64,000 nt of DNA from contig JBFWJS010000003.1 of the NCBI GenBank assembly GCA_050253075.1, positions 405,972 to 469,971 of the forward strand, read 5' to 3'. A program made the translations under genes and the position numbers. Source of the DNA: Deferribacterales bacterium (lineage in GTDB: Bacteria; Chrysiogenota; Deferribacteres; Deferribacterales; Geovibrionaceae). Under the pieces are notes generated by a model. That model did not search any database. It was not told the origin of the DNA and saw nothing but the letters and a program-made list of their open reading frames with translations. Within the stretch, counting starts at the first letter, position 1, and each line of letters starts with the position of its first letter. Shown one piece after another: positions 30,773 through 40,729 of the stretch.

Positions 30773-31663
30773 TTACTGAGAGCTGAATTCGTTCAGCAGA
30801 GTGATGTAAGCCTCAAAGAGCTTTGTGTGATATTCTGCTCCACGGGTGGTGATGAAGAGAGTACGGCGGAGATCAAGCGGTGTTTTCACCTCGCAGAGCC
30901 ATCCGTTTTCCAGCTCTCTCTGCACTGCCATACGGGAAAGGCACCCTATGCCGAGGCCAGCCTCCACAGCTTTTTTGATAGCTTCCGTATGCCCCAGCTC
31001 CATGTTTATGCTGTAAGAGATATCGTTCGCTTTCATTGCTTCTTCAAAAACTTCCCTCGTGCCCGAGCCCTTTTCACGGATTATCCAGTCCGCTTCCGAC
31101 AGCATATCCTTTGTGACCTTTTTCCTTTTCGCTAGGGGGTGCTGACACCCTGCTATTACAACGAGCTCGTCACTGCGCCACGGCGACACTGTCAGGGATG
31201 GATTATGCGAAGGTCCCTCTATGAGCCCGAGGTCGTATTCACCGTGTTCGACGGCTGTTTCCACCTGCTGAGTGTTGCCAACGTAAAGGAGTGCTTTAGC
31301 TTTCGGATATTTCTTTGAAAAGTTCCCCGCTATCTTCGGCAGGAGGTAGTTGCCTATGGTGGTGCTTGCGCCGACAGTCAGCTCACCCATTGGTTCGCCT
31401 GCAGAATCTGTGAGGAAGAGCTCGATAGCCTCTGCACGTTTTAATACGTCGCTCACCTGTGAGAGTACCATCCGCCCTCTGTCGTTCAGCAGGAGCTTCT
31501 TTCCGATGCGCTCGAAAAGCGGTGCATCCACCAGCCTCTCAAGGTCTGCTATGGCCATACTGACGGCGGACTGGCTGAGGTAAAGCTCCTCGCTGGCTTT
31601 TGTCACATGCTGGATGGTCGCCACCTTTTCAAATATCTGAAGCTGTCTTAATGTTATGTTCAT
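30773..31663 (-). CDS. LysR family transcriptional regulator
   Basis: TKASEELYLSQSAVS HTH, GASTTIG and REKGSGTR; divergent from a YeiH-type gene. Confidence 0.93.
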   Translation of the reverse strand: MNITLRQLQIFEKVATIQHVTKASEELYLSQSAVSMAIADLERLVDAPLFERIGKKLLLNDRGRMVLSQVSDVLKRAEAIELFLTDSAGEPMGELTVGASTTIGNYLLPKIAGNFSKKYPKAKALLYVGNTQQVETAVEHGEYDLGLIEGPSHNPSLTVSPWRSDELVVIAGCQHPLAKRKKVTKDMLSEADWIIREKGSGTREVFEEAMKANDISYSINMELGHTEAIKKAVEAGLGIGCLSRMAVQRELENGWLCEVKTPLDLRRTLFITTRGAEYHTKLFEAYITLLNEFSSQ

Positions 31664-31674
31664 AATTCTAATAT

Positions 31675-31689
31675 ATCAGTAAAACTGAT
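31675..31689. promoter_or_regulatory. LysR recognition box (T-N11-A)
   Basis: Inverted repeat ATCAGT-AAA-ACTGAT in the divergent intergenic region. Confidence 0.65.
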
Positions 31690-31770
31690 TATTATCCTCA
31701 GTTTTTTCAATTTTTATTTATATGTGAAAGGGTGTATCTTAGCTTCAAGAGATGGATCAAAGGAGTCTTT

Positions 31771-32703
31771 ATGAAGAACGACAACACTTTAAAAGTGATA
31801 TTCTGGATTTTACTTTTGGGATGCTGGTGGCCGAAGATCACCGCTCCGATAGCTCTGGTGGCGGGTATCGCATACGGTATATCTGTGGGCAACCCCTGGG
31901 GCAAAGCAACATCCACATGGAGCAGGCGACTGCTTCAGCTTTCCGTAGTCGGGCTTGGTTTCGGTATGAATCTGCCCGAGCTTCTCAGGACAGGGCGTGA
32001 TGCGTTTGTTTACACCGCCATCAGTATCACTTTCACAATGCTTGTCGGCCTTTTGATAGGAAAGGCTCTGAAGATACCGCAGAGGACATCATCACTTATA
32101 TCCTTTGGCTCTGCCATATGCGGGGGGAGCGCAATTGCTGCTATGGCTCCCGTTATAAAGGCAGAGGCAGAGGAGATAGGTGTCGCCCTTGCGACTGTCT
32201 TCACGCTGAACTCTGTGGCACTGATAATATTCCCGCCTATCGGGCATATGCTTGGGATGGATGAGAGACAGTTCGGGCTTTGGTCTGCACTGGCAATACA
32301 CGACACAAGCAGTGTTGTCGGGGCTGCTGCTGCATACGGCACGCTCGCTCTGGCGATAGGCACAACGGTGAAGCTGACCCGTGCGCTGTGGATAATGCCC
32401 GCATCCCTTGTCGCTTCATGGTTTGTAAAGTCTGATAAAAGGGCAAAGTTCCCTATGTTTATCCTCGGCTTTATACTTGCTGCAGTGATAAAGACATTCC
32501 TGCCTCAGATGGACACCGTTTGGGGGGCTCTCCACGGCATAGCAAGGCAGAGTTTGGTCGTGACATTATTCCTAATAGGTACGGGGCTCACAAGGGAAGT
32601 GCTCGGCAGGACAGGCATCAGGCCTCTGGCACAGGGGCTCGTGCTCTGGGCTATCGTTTCCGTTTCCAGCAGTTTCGCCATCTTAGAAGGCTTGATAAAC
32701 TAA
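31771..32703 (+). CDS. YeiH / putative sulfate exporter family membrane protein
   Basis: GSAICGGSAI, IHDTSSV and VKLTR motifs; RBS AAGGAG. Confidence 0.88.
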   Translation: MKNDNTLKVIFWILLLGCWWPKITAPIALVAGIAYGISVGNPWGKATSTWSRRLLQLSVVGLGFGMNLPELLRTGRDAFVYTAISITFTMLVGLLIGKALKIPQRTSSLISFGSAICGGSAIAAMAPVIKAEAEEIGVALATVFTLNSVALIIFPPIGHMLGMDERQFGLWSALAIHDTSSVVGAAAAYGTLALAIGTTVKLTRALWIMPASLVASWFVKSDKRAKFPMFILGFILAAVIKTFLPQMDTVWGALHGIARQSLVVTLFLIGTGLTREVLGRTGIRPLAQGLVLWAIVSVSSSFAILEGLIN

Positions 32704-32716
32704 AAAGGAGCTTAAT

Positions 32717-33163
32717 ATGAAAAATATAGAGACCATCCTATTCGCGCTGGATATATCAGACCACGCAGACGAGACATTCGAATATGCCGCCACTCTGGCC
32801 GTAAAGCTCGGGAGCGACGTTGCGGTGATACACGTGATACAGGAGCAGAACGACCTGCGGGCATATTATGTCCCCCATATATCATTCGACGACATAGACA
32901 CAGAGATAGAAAAGGCCGCCCTTGAACATACGGAGAAGTTCTGTGAAAAGCACGGTGTGCAGACATCATTTGTGGAAAAGGGGATTCCCTCGGAAAAGAT
33001 CATAGAAAAAGCAAAAGAGATAAATGCATCGATGATAGTGATGGGAACCCACGGCAGACAAGGTTTTGAGCATTTCATATTTGGCAGTACGGCAGAAGAT
33101 GTCATTAAAAATGCGCCTTGCCCCGTGCTGACTATCAGGCCGAAAGGCGGAGCAGAGGTTTAA
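32717..33163 (+). CDS. Universal stress protein
   Basis: IVMGTHGRQG...FGSTAEDVIKNAPCPVL. Confidence 0.92.
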   Translation: MKNIETILFALDISDHADETFEYAATLAVKLGSDVAVIHVIQEQNDLRAYYVPHISFDDIDTEIEKAALEHTEKFCEKHGVQTSFVEKGIPSEKIIEKAKEINASMIVMGTHGRQGFEHFIFGSTAEDVIKNAPCPVLTIRPKGGAEV

Positions 33164-33177
33164 ACAAACCGCCGATA

Positions 33178-33519
33178 TTACCTTACGCTTGTTTCTCTGG
33201 TTATCTCGGATATCTGCTTCATATCCTCTTTATACTGCGGGTCGTCTGCGAGCGACATTTCTACGTCTGCCAGTATCTTATTCAGGGATTCTGTCTCTGC
33301 CAGATCATAGATGACCCATCGCCCGTCTTTATTACTCTTAATGAGTCCTGCCGTTTTCAACAGCTTAAGGTGTGTAGAGATCGTCGACAGACTTATGTTT
33401 AATATGCTGTCAAACTCGCACACGCATACCGGTCTTTTCCTCAGCAGGAGCAGTATCCTCAGCCTGTTCTGGTCAGATATATTTTTAAAGAGTTCAGTCA
33501 CGCTGTTATAATTATACAT
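33178..33519 (-). CDS. ArsR/SmtB family regulator
   Basis: NRLRILLLL...VCVCEF...STISTHLKLLK...GRWVIY. Confidence 0.9.
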   Translation of the reverse strand: MYNYNSVTELFKNISDQNRLRILLLLRKRPVCVCEFDSILNISLSTISTHLKLLKTAGLIKSNKDGRWVIYDLAETESLNKILADVEMSLADDPQYKEDMKQISEITRETSVR

Positions 33520-33528
33520 TTCGTTACC

Positions 33529-33572
33529 TCTAGAAATATCGTTGACATTTTAGTTAGTTTGATATATCTAGA
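33529..33572. promoter_or_regulatory. Candidate ArsR operator overlapping a sigma70-like promoter
   Basis: Inverted repeat TCTAGAAATATC (33529-40) / GATATATCTAGA (33561-72), 11 of 12 matching, flanking TTGACA at 33542. Confidence 0.5.
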
Positions 33573-33635
33573 ATTATAGTTGAAATTGAATGAAAATCAA
33601 CCAAAAGGACAGGCTGATTACAAAATGGAGGCTCG

Positions 33636-34691
33636 ATGAATACTGATACAGAATCAATGCAGAAGAGTGACGGAAAACTCTACATATACGCTTTAAAGGG
33701 CGCTGTGATACTTGTTGTCTGGTATCTGCTTTACAAACAGCTTCAGCCGCTTTCATCGTTTATAACATTCGATATACTCAGGCTTTCCCGTGAGTCTCAC
33801 ATTGGCGATGCGGTCTCATTCTTCCTTTACGATGTGCCGAAGATATTTATGCTGCTCACGCTTGTGGTGTACTGTGTGGGTATCATAAATACATTTTTCA
33901 CCCCTGAGAGGACACGCAGCATACTTGCCGGGCGTTATCAGAAATTTGGTAATGTTCTGGCTGCCGTGCTGGGCATAGTGACACCTTTCTGCTCATGCTC
34001 TGCTATCCCTCTTTTCCTCGGATTTGTGACAGCGGGTATACCTCTTGGCGTTACATTTTCATTCCTCATCTCTGCGCCTATGGTGAACGAGGTAGCTCTC
34101 GTTATGCTCTTCGGACTGTTCGGCTGGAAAATAGCCGCACTTTATCTTGCTACAGGGCTTGGTGTGGCGATTGTTTCGGGCTGGGTCATAGGTGCTTTGA
34201 AAATGGAGAGATACCTGGAGGACTGGGTTCAGGAATTGCAGAAAAAAGCTCCCGAGAGCTCTTCCGTCAAGCTGACATGGCAGGAGCGTCTGGACGCGGG
34301 TAAAGAATCCGTTATCAATATCGTAGGCAAAGTGTGGGTTTATATCATCATAGGTATCGCCATAGGCGGTGTTATTCATGGCTTTGTACCTGAAGGGCTG
34401 ATGGCGGAGATAATGGGTAAGGACACATGGTGGTCTGTCCCTGCGGCTGTTCTTATCGGTGTACCGATGTATTCCAATGCTGCGGGTATCATTCCCGTCG
34501 TTCAGGCTCTTATGGGAAAGGGTGCGTCCCTCGGCCCTGTTCTGGCGTTTATGATGTCTGTTATAGCGCTATCCCTGCCGGAGATCATGATACTTAAAAA
34601 AGTGCTTAAGCCGAGGCTTATCATGACATTCGTCGGCATAGTGGCGGGCGGTATTCTATTTGTAGGTTACTTATTTAATATAGTTTTATAA
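33636..34691 (+). CDS. ArsP/DUF318 family permease
   Basis: TPFCSCSAIP, SAPMVNE and LSLPE motifs; sits between ArsR and a thioredoxin-like gene. Confidence 0.87.
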   Translation: MNTDTESMQKSDGKLYIYALKGAVILVVWYLLYKQLQPLSSFITFDILRLSRESHIGDAVSFFLYDVPKIFMLLTLVVYCVGIINTFFTPERTRSILAGRYQKFGNVLAAVLGIVTPFCSCSAIPLFLGFVTAGIPLGVTFSFLISAPMVNEVALVMLFGLFGWKIAALYLATGLGVAIVSGWVIGALKMERYLEDWVQELQKKAPESSSVKLTWQERLDAGKESVINIVGKVWVYIIIGIAIGGVIHGFVPEGLMAEIMGKDTWWSVPAAVLIGVPMYSNAAGIIPVVQALMGKGASLGPVLAFMMSVIALSLPEIMILKKVLKPRLIMTFVGIVAGGILFVGYLFNIVL

Positions 34692-34708
34692 ATTTCAAGG
34701 AGTCGATT

Positions 34709-34936
34709 ATGGAAATTAAAGTGTTAGGCACAGGCTGTAAAAAATGTCTTCAGACCAAAGAGATGGTGGATCAGGTGATCAAAGAGCAGGGTGCAGACGC
34801 CTTCACCACAAAGGTGGAAGATGTTCAGGAGATAATGAAAGCAGGGGTCATGATGACACCCGCTATAGTCATAGACGGAGAAGTAAAATGCTCCGGAAAG
34901 ATCCCGTCCAGAGAAGAAATAATAAGCTGGCTTTAA
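34709..34936 (+). CDS. Small redox-active disulfide protein (thioredoxin-like)
   Basis: IKVLGTGCKKC and GVMMTPAIVIDG. Confidence 0.88.
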   Translation: MEIKVLGTGCKKCLQTKEMVDQVIKEQGADAFTTKVEDVQEIMKAGVMMTPAIVIDGEVKCSGKIPSREEIISWL

Positions 34937-34990
34937 TATATCATTCATAAAAAATTGAATCTGATTTCATCGGCATGGTGTAATTCTCTT

Positions 34991-35047
34991 GCTATTAAAA
35001 CTGTAGCGTGCTACATAATGAATAGCGCCACTACGTAAAACGTAGCA
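34991..35047. promoter_or_regulatory. Three tandem 17-bp GCTA-N9-TAGC boxes, candidate HxlR operators
   Basis: GCTATTAAAACTGTAGC (34991), GCTACATAATGAATAGC (35010) and ACTACGTAAAACGTAGC (35030). Confidence 0.6.
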
Positions 35048-35067
35048 AAAGATTGAGGAGGTACATC

Positions 35068-35265
35068 ATGCCGGTAATCACAATTGCACTCGGAGCTTCA
35101 TCCGACGATCAGAAAAGAGAACTTATATCTAAGGTCACACAGGCCGCCGTGGATGTGACAGGTATACCTGCAGATTCATTCTTAGTATTTATCGACGAAT
35201 ACGGATACAACAACATAGGTAAGGGCGGACGTACATTCGCAGACATAAAGGCCGATAAATCATAA
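35068..35265 (+). CDS. 4-oxalocrotonate tautomerase family protein
   Basis: M-P N-terminus (catalytic Pro1), QKRELISKVT and GKGG; RBS GAGGAGG. Confidence 0.9.
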   Translation: MPVITIALGASSDDQKRELISKVTQAAVDVTGIPADSFLVFIDEYGYNNIGKGGRTFADIKADKS

Positions 35266-35281
35266 GCTCTTTCTTTTTTTT

Positions 35282-35316
35282 ATATTCCGTGCTACGTTTT
35301 ACGTAGTGCGGAATAT
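35282..35316. promoter_or_regulatory. Hairpin containing a fourth GCTA-N9-TAGy box upstream of the HxlR gene
   Basis: ATATTCCGTGCTACGTTTTACGTAGTGCGGAATAT. Confidence 0.55.
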
Positions 35317-35357
35317 TTCACTATATTCATTAAAGTTTTAAATCCTAAGGAGATGTT

Positions 35358-35738
35358 ATGCCTATTCCTGTTCCGGGGCAGCCCGTTCGAGGGTCAAAAT
35401 CAGGTAAGCCTATCATGGCCGTATTCGACCTGCTAGGCAGAAGCTGGGCGCTCGGTATCATATGGAACCTCAGCCGAGGATCTGCCACATTCAGAGAGCT
35501 TCAGAGCGTATGCGAGAGCATATCCCCAACTATACTGAACAAACGGCTGAAAGAGCTGAAAGAGGCGGGTCTTGTCGACCGTTCACTCGACGGATATATC
35601 CTGACAGAGCAGGGGTCGGAGCTCTTTACTATATTAGAGCCATTCGGCAAATGGTCTGTGAAATGGGCTAAGCAGATGGCTCCCGAGCTCACCGAAGAGT
35701 GGGACAACATAGGCAAACATATAAACAGAGATAAATAG
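35358..35738 (+). CDS. HxlR/DUF24 family winged-helix regulator
   Basis: DLLGRSWALGII, FRELQ...ISPTILNKRLKEL and YILTEQG. Confidence 0.88.
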   Translation: MPIPVPGQPVRGSKSGKPIMAVFDLLGRSWALGIIWNLSRGSATFRELQSVCESISPTILNKRLKELKEAGLVDRSLDGYILTEQGSELFTILEPFGKWSVKWAKQMAPELTEEWDNIGKHINRDK

Positions 35739-35922
35739 AGATTTACTCATTTCTTTCCATAAATATTTTTTATCAACTCTTTGTATAATTCCGTTGTTTA
35801 ATGCATTTATTTGCGTTAATCTCATAATTATTAATTAAGTACAAAACAAAGACACAATTTAAAATTATTATTTGAATTAGCTCCGTATTATCAGGGTTTT
35901 ACAAAAATTTTAAGGAGTGTCT

Positions 35923-38900
35923 ATGTTTGCGTTAAACGTGAATTCTCACCGTTTCATTTCGAAAATGCTCATGTCATTTTTATGTATTTGTTTCACTGTT
36001 TCAAGTGCGTCCGCCGTGTGTACGGATTCGGGCGACGCTGCAATTACCGGCCAGCATTGCGGTAATGACTATATCTCTTATCTCACGGATACCGGGTCTC
36101 TTACCCTTACCATTGAAGACGAGACGAGCACATCAGTAGAATTAACTACAGCTAACGATACGGTTTCAGATACGAATCATTCCCTTATACTTAAAGGCTT
36201 TACGATACTGAACCGCCCCGATTACAGTGCCGTTATCATGGAGAGCGGTGCAGCAAACAGGAATGCATCCGTGCAGGTCGAAGAGAATGTAAGCATCACG
36301 TCAGGCGGCGGTTTCGGTGCTATATGGCTGCTTAATAACGGCTCCGGCGACTTGAGTGTGGACAACGCAGGCGATGTTACAGCGAATGCCTCTTACGGTA
36401 TATCTGTTTTGACCCATGACGGTACCGTAAATATTAACAACACAGGCTCCGTTACATCTACAACATACAGAGGCATATACGCCAATACAGGTTTTAATAC
36501 ATCTGCCGATTCCCCGGTAGGGATAACCATAACGAACTCCGGCACTGTAGACGCCTATGAAGCAGGCATACGTGCCGAAAACTACATGGGTGCGATAAGC
36601 ATTGAAAACAGCGGTGATGTCGAATCAACAAACCGTCAGGGGATCGTCGCATGGACAGACGACGGCGGTGGTATAGACATTAACAACTCCGGCTCTGTTA
36701 TTTCAGGTAACGACATGGCTATACAGGCAGTTGGTACTGTCGGCGATGTCACGGTGACCAACAGCGGAAGCCTGACGGCATCGAAAAACGAAGGCGTTGC
36801 CTCCGCAGCCACAGGGTACTCAGGTATATTTGCAAATATTTATACACAGGGTGCCGTAATAGTTACTAACACGGCAGACGGCGTAATCTCCGCCGAAGAC
36901 GACTATGGCATATATGCAGGTACTGCATCAGGAGATGTCTCTGTAAGAAACAGCGGTTCTGTCTCTGCCCTTAACGGTATAGAAGGCGAAAGCTCCGACA
37001 GCGCCGTGTCCATAGAAAACAGCGGAACTGTACAGGCAGCATCCACAGGTATAAATCTGTTGGGAAGCACCGCAAACAGCTTCACAAACACAGGCTCTGT
37101 CACCACGACAGGTGCCGTAGCCGTTCAGACTAATGATAGCGACACGACCATCACAAACAACGGACTGATATCCGCAGGGAGCGAATCCGCCACAGCCATA
37201 TCAATGGGCGACGGCGACAACCGCCTTGTGCTGGGTACAGGCTCTGAGATAGTCGGCAAGGTCGTCAGCGGCAGCGGTGAGGACACCCTTGTACTCTCCG
37301 GTGTGGGAGCAGGAGAGATAAACGCAGACGACATCAGCGAAAGCGGTAAGTATCAGGGCTTTGAAAATGTTGAAAAACGTGACGACAGCACATGGGTCGT
37401 CTCGGGTACTTCGACAGACATAAGCTGGACGATATACAGCGGTACACTTTCCGTATCCGGCGTTGTGAAAAATATCGACGTGGAGCAGGGCGGAACACTC
37501 AGCGGGACAGGTAATATCGGCTCCATCGTCGTAAACTCCGGCGGTACACTCGCCCCGGGAAACTCCATAGGTACAACATCCGCAGATGATGTTACGTTCA
37601 CTACCGGATCATCATTCGAGGTAGAGGTTGATTCCGCAGGCAGCAGCGATAAGGTGCTCGCAAACGGCGTTGTAACGATAGAAAGCGGATCTGCAATACA
37701 AATCACTCCTGAAAACGGAACTGACGACGGCTCCACATATGACCCATACACTACATACACCATAATCTCAGCCGACGGAGGCATAGTCGGGACATTCGAC
37801 AGTGTTGTCGATGATTTCGCCTTCCTCGATGTAAGGCTCGATTATGATGCAAATACGCTCACCATGGGACTTCAGAAAAATGATGTCGTATTCCAGAGCG
37901 TCACAGACAGCGCAAACCAGAGGAACATCGCAGGCATCATCACAGATCTTGGCTCGGGCAATGTCCTTTATGACGCTGTGGTTACACTCAGCGAGGCAGG
38001 TGCGAGGCAGGCATTCGAAGACCTCTCAGGCGAGGTGCACGCATCGCTCAAAACTATGCTCATTGATGACAGCAAGTTCTTCAGAGAGGCAGTTGCAGAC
38101 AGATCGACCAATATGGGCGAAAGCTCCTATCATGCATGGGGCTCGGCTTTCGGCTCATGGGGAGACTGGGACGGCGACGGCAATGCTTCGAAGCTGGAAC
38201 GCTCCATCGGCGGTATTACCGCAGGTTTTGAAAGGGTCTTTGACAAGTCCGCAAGTGTTGGTTTCGCTTTCGGATACAGCTATACAGATTTCGATGCGGA
38301 CTCTGTCTCATCATCAGGCTCTGTGAGCAGCTATACATTCGGCGTATACGCTGAAAAGCAGTATTCTGCTCTCGATGTTCTGCTCGGCGCTTCATATGCT
38401 ATGCATAATGTGGAGACAGACAGAGACATCGACTTCGCGGATTTCAGCGACAATGCTGACGGCGACTATGATGCATCGACATCACAGGTCTTCGGCGAGG
38501 TCAGCTATGCATTTAAAGCGGGCAAGGGGACTGTTGCACCTTTCTTCAGCTCTGCTTATGTCATGCTCGACACTGACGGATTTACCGAAGACGGCGGAGA
38601 GGCCGCACTGAAAGTTAAATCTTCTGATGAAGACAGCCTGCTGACGGCTCTCGGTGTGCGTGCAGACGGCAGCTATATGCTCGGCACTGTACAGATGAAG
38701 CCTTTTGCTTCGATAGCATGGCAGCACCGCTATGACGACGGAGCAGACGAAAGCAAGCTCGCTTTCGCAGACGGCAGTTCATTTTCTGCCTACGGTGTTT
38801 CATACACCAGAGACACTGCAGTGCTTAAACTCGGCGTTTCAAACGGTTTAACAGAGAACACCGAGCTCGACTTTGCATACAGCGGTCAGTTCTCCGAAGA

Positions 38901-38946
38901 TGTGAACGATCAAAGCCTCAGGGCAAACCTGAATATCAAATTCTAA
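35923..38946 (+). CDS. Type Va autotransporter (beta-helical passenger, C-terminal beta-barrel)
   Basis: Signal peptide, repeated N-x-G-x-V strands, GGTLAPGNSIGT, LSGEVHAS linker, barrel ending NLNIKF; RBS AAGGAG. Confidence 0.9.
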   Translation: MFALNVNSHRFISKMLMSFLCICFTVSSASAVCTDSGDAAITGQHCGNDYISYLTDTGSLTLTIEDETSTSVELTTANDTVSDTNHSLILKGFTILNRPDYSAVIMESGAANRNASVQVEENVSITSGGGFGAIWLLNNGSGDLSVDNAGDVTANASYGISVLTHDGTVNINNTGSVTSTTYRGIYANTGFNTSADSPVGITITNSGTVDAYEAGIRAENYMGAISIENSGDVESTNRQGIVAWTDDGGGIDINNSGSVISGNDMAIQAVGTVGDVTVTNSGSLTASKNEGVASAATGYSGIFANIYTQGAVIVTNTADGVISAEDDYGIYAGTASGDVSVRNSGSVSALNGIEGESSDSAVSIENSGTVQAASTGINLLGSTANSFTNTGSVTTTGAVAVQTNDSDTTITNNGLISAGSESATAISMGDGDNRLVLGTGSEIVGKVVSGSGEDTLVLSGVGAGEINADDISESGKYQGFENVEKRDDSTWVVSGTSTDISWTIYSGTLSVSGVVKNIDVEQGGTLSGTGNIGSIVVNSGGTLAPGNSIGTTSADDVTFTTGSSFEVEVDSAGSSDKVLANGVVTIESGSAIQITPENGTDDGSTYDPYTTYTIISADGGIVGTFDSVVDDFAFLDVRLDYDANTLTMGLQKNDVVFQSVTDSANQRNIAGIITDLGSGNVLYDAVVTLSEAGARQAFEDLSGEVHASLKTMLIDDSKFFREAVADRSTNMGESSYHAWGSAFGSWGDWDGDGNASKLERSIGGITAGFERVFDKSASVGFAFGYSYTDFDADSVSSSGSVSSYTFGVYAEKQYSALDVLLGASYAMHNVETDRDIDFADFSDNADGDYDASTSQVFGEVSYAFKAGKGTVAPFFSSAYVMLDTDGFTEDGGEAALKVKSSDEDSLLTALGVRADGSYMLGTVQMKPFASIAWQHRYDDGADESKLAFADGSSFSAYGVSYTRDTAVLKLGVSNGLTENTELDFAYSGQFSEDVNDQSLRANLNIKF

Positions 38947-38956
38947 TAACTCAAAC

Positions 38957-38990
38957 GGGCATCGGTTTTACGGCTGATGCCCTTTCTTTT
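38957..38990 (+). terminator. Intrinsic terminator
   Basis: GGGCATCGG...CTGATGCCC followed by TTTCTTTT. Confidence 0.8.
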
Positions 38991-39106
38991 TATCACTTCA
39001 TTTAAGATAGCTGTTGGCATAAAATGCGTGTTCAATGTCATTGTGTCATATTAGCTTTGATGCGAGATTATACATGCGCAGCGCAATAACTATTTTGGAG
39101 AAATAT

Positions 39107-39703
39107 ATGGCACTGAAAACAGCATTTCTGCTTTTCAATAAGGTAGCCGAGCTGGACTTTGCAGGTCCGTGGGAAGTATTCGGCGCATCCACCTTTATAA
39201 ACAGGAACGGCGACACGTTCTTCACCGTTGCAGAGACGGATGAACCCCTCGTGGGGCAGAGCGGGCTTAAGATCATCCCCGACTATACCTTTGCGAATAT
39301 GCCCGAGGCAGACATAATCATCGTTCCCGGGCTGGTGGATCCTATGCCCATTACGCAAAATGAGAACATCATGAAATGGATAAAGGAAATGTCCGCAAAA
39401 ACCAAGTGGAACGTGGGCGTTTGCACAGGCTCAGTCCTTATAGCCGCCGCAGGAGTGGCAAAGGGCAAAAGAATAAGCTCGCACTGGACAGCGATAAAAA
39501 CTCTGGAAAGTTTCGCAGACCTCACAGTGGTCAGAAATGTACGCTATGTGCGTGACGGCAACCTTGTGACCAGTGCGGGTGTCACAGCGGGGATAGACAT
39601 GGCCATCTGGCTGATGGGGCAGATATACGGTGTTCAGCACGCAAGGGATATCATGCGTCTCTTAGAATATTATCCGGCGCCTCCGTACGCGGCGGATGTT
39701 TAA
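39107..39703 (+). CDS. DJ-1/PfpI family protein (isonitrile hydratase-like)
   Basis: ELDFAGPWEVF, VCTGS, TSAGVTAGID and EYYPAPPY motifs. Confidence 0.88.
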   Translation: MALKTAFLLFNKVAELDFAGPWEVFGASTFINRNGDTFFTVAETDEPLVGQSGLKIIPDYTFANMPEADIIIVPGLVDPMPITQNENIMKWIKEMSAKTKWNVGVCTGSVLIAAAGVAKGKRISSHWTAIKTLESFADLTVVRNVRYVRDGNLVTSAGVTAGIDMAIWLMGQIYGVQHARDIMRLLEYYPAPPYAADV

Positions 39704-39710
39704 CAGCGAT

Positions 39711-39738
39711 GGCTGCGTTTAACGACGCAGCCTATTTT
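39711..39738 (+). terminator. Probable intrinsic terminator
   Basis: GGCTGCGT-loop-ACGCAGCC followed by TATTTT. Confidence 0.6.
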
Positions 39739-39756
39739 ACTCTGGTATAATGCGAT

Positions 39757-40728
39757 ATGAATGAAAAAAAGACAATTGTAATGGCTGTACATAACGGGGC
39801 AAACATCATAGACATCACAGGCCCTATGGAGATATTCACCGCCGCCAATGAAGTACTGCGAAAGGCATCTTTACCCCCCGGATATGATCTGCATGTGCTG
39901 GGGGAAGAGTCTGGCATGTGTAAGACCTTCGGAGGTCTCAGCATCTATGCAGAGGGCAGGTGGACGGACTGGAGCGGTGATATAGACACGCTTCTGGTGG
40001 CTGGCGGTCCCGAGTTTGAAACCATAAGGGATAAGCGTGGGCTTATCGACTGGGTCAAACTTGTTTCGCCGAGTGTAAGGCGTGTGGCATCCATATGCAC
40101 AGGTGCATTCATATTGGCAGAAGCGGGGCTTTTAAAAGGCAGAACAGCCACGACGCACTGGCTGGCTGTGGAAAAGCTGGCAGAGGATTATCCCGATACA
40201 AACGTGCTCGCAGACCCTATATACACCGCAGACGGCGGTATATACTGCTCCGCAGGGGTAACGGCGGGGATGGATCTCGCTCTGGCTCTCGTGGAAGAGG
40301 ATTTCGGCAAGGAAACGGCTCTTATGATAGCCAAGCTGCTGGTGATGTATCTAAAAAGGCCGGGCGGGCAGTCGCAGTTCAGCATAAAGCTGAGGGAACA
40401 GTCAGCAGACGACAGCAGGCTTTCAGGGCTGCTCAAATGGCTGGACGAAAATTATAAAGAACAGATGAATATAGAAAAACTGGCAGAAATGTCATCAATG
40501 AGCCTCCGCACTTTTAACAGGTGCTTCAAGTCTGATACGGGGCTCCCCCCTGCGAAATACATCGAATACCTTCGTCTGGAAAAATCTCTGGAAATAATGG
40601 AAAAGACAGAAAAGAGCTTTGAAGAAACAGCATACGAGAGCGGATTTGCCTCGCCCGAGCAGTTTCGCAGGGCTTTCATCCGCAGGTATAAAGTCACCCC
40701 TTCGGAATACCGCTCCCGCTTTTTATAA
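39757..40728 (+). CDS. GlxA family AraC regulator (DJ-1 domain plus AraC HTH)
   Basis: SICTGAF, TTHW, SAGVTAGMDL, RPGGQSQFS and a C-terminal AraC HTH. Confidence 0.93.
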   Translation: MNEKKTIVMAVHNGANIIDITGPMEIFTAANEVLRKASLPPGYDLHVLGEESGMCKTFGGLSIYAEGRWTDWSGDIDTLLVAGGPEFETIRDKRGLIDWVKLVSPSVRRVASICTGAFILAEAGLLKGRTATTHWLAVEKLAEDYPDTNVLADPIYTADGGIYCSAGVTAGMDLALALVEEDFGKETALMIAKLLVMYLKRPGGQSQFSIKLREQSADDSRLSGLLKWLDENYKEQMNIEKLAEMSSMSLRTFNRCFKSDTGLPPAKYIEYLRLEKSLEIMEKTEKSFEETAYESGFASPEQFRRAFIRRYKVTPSEYRSRFL

Positions 40729-40729
40729 C

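Noticed and set aside
34991..35047. CRISPR-like mini array
   Set aside because: Units are 17-bp degenerate palindromes with 2-3 bp gaps, no spacers and no cas genes
39016..39050. TGGCATAAAATGCG as a sigma54 promoter
   Set aside because: GG-to-GC spacing is wrong. It may be a site for the neighbouring GlxA regulator, but that cannot be supported here.
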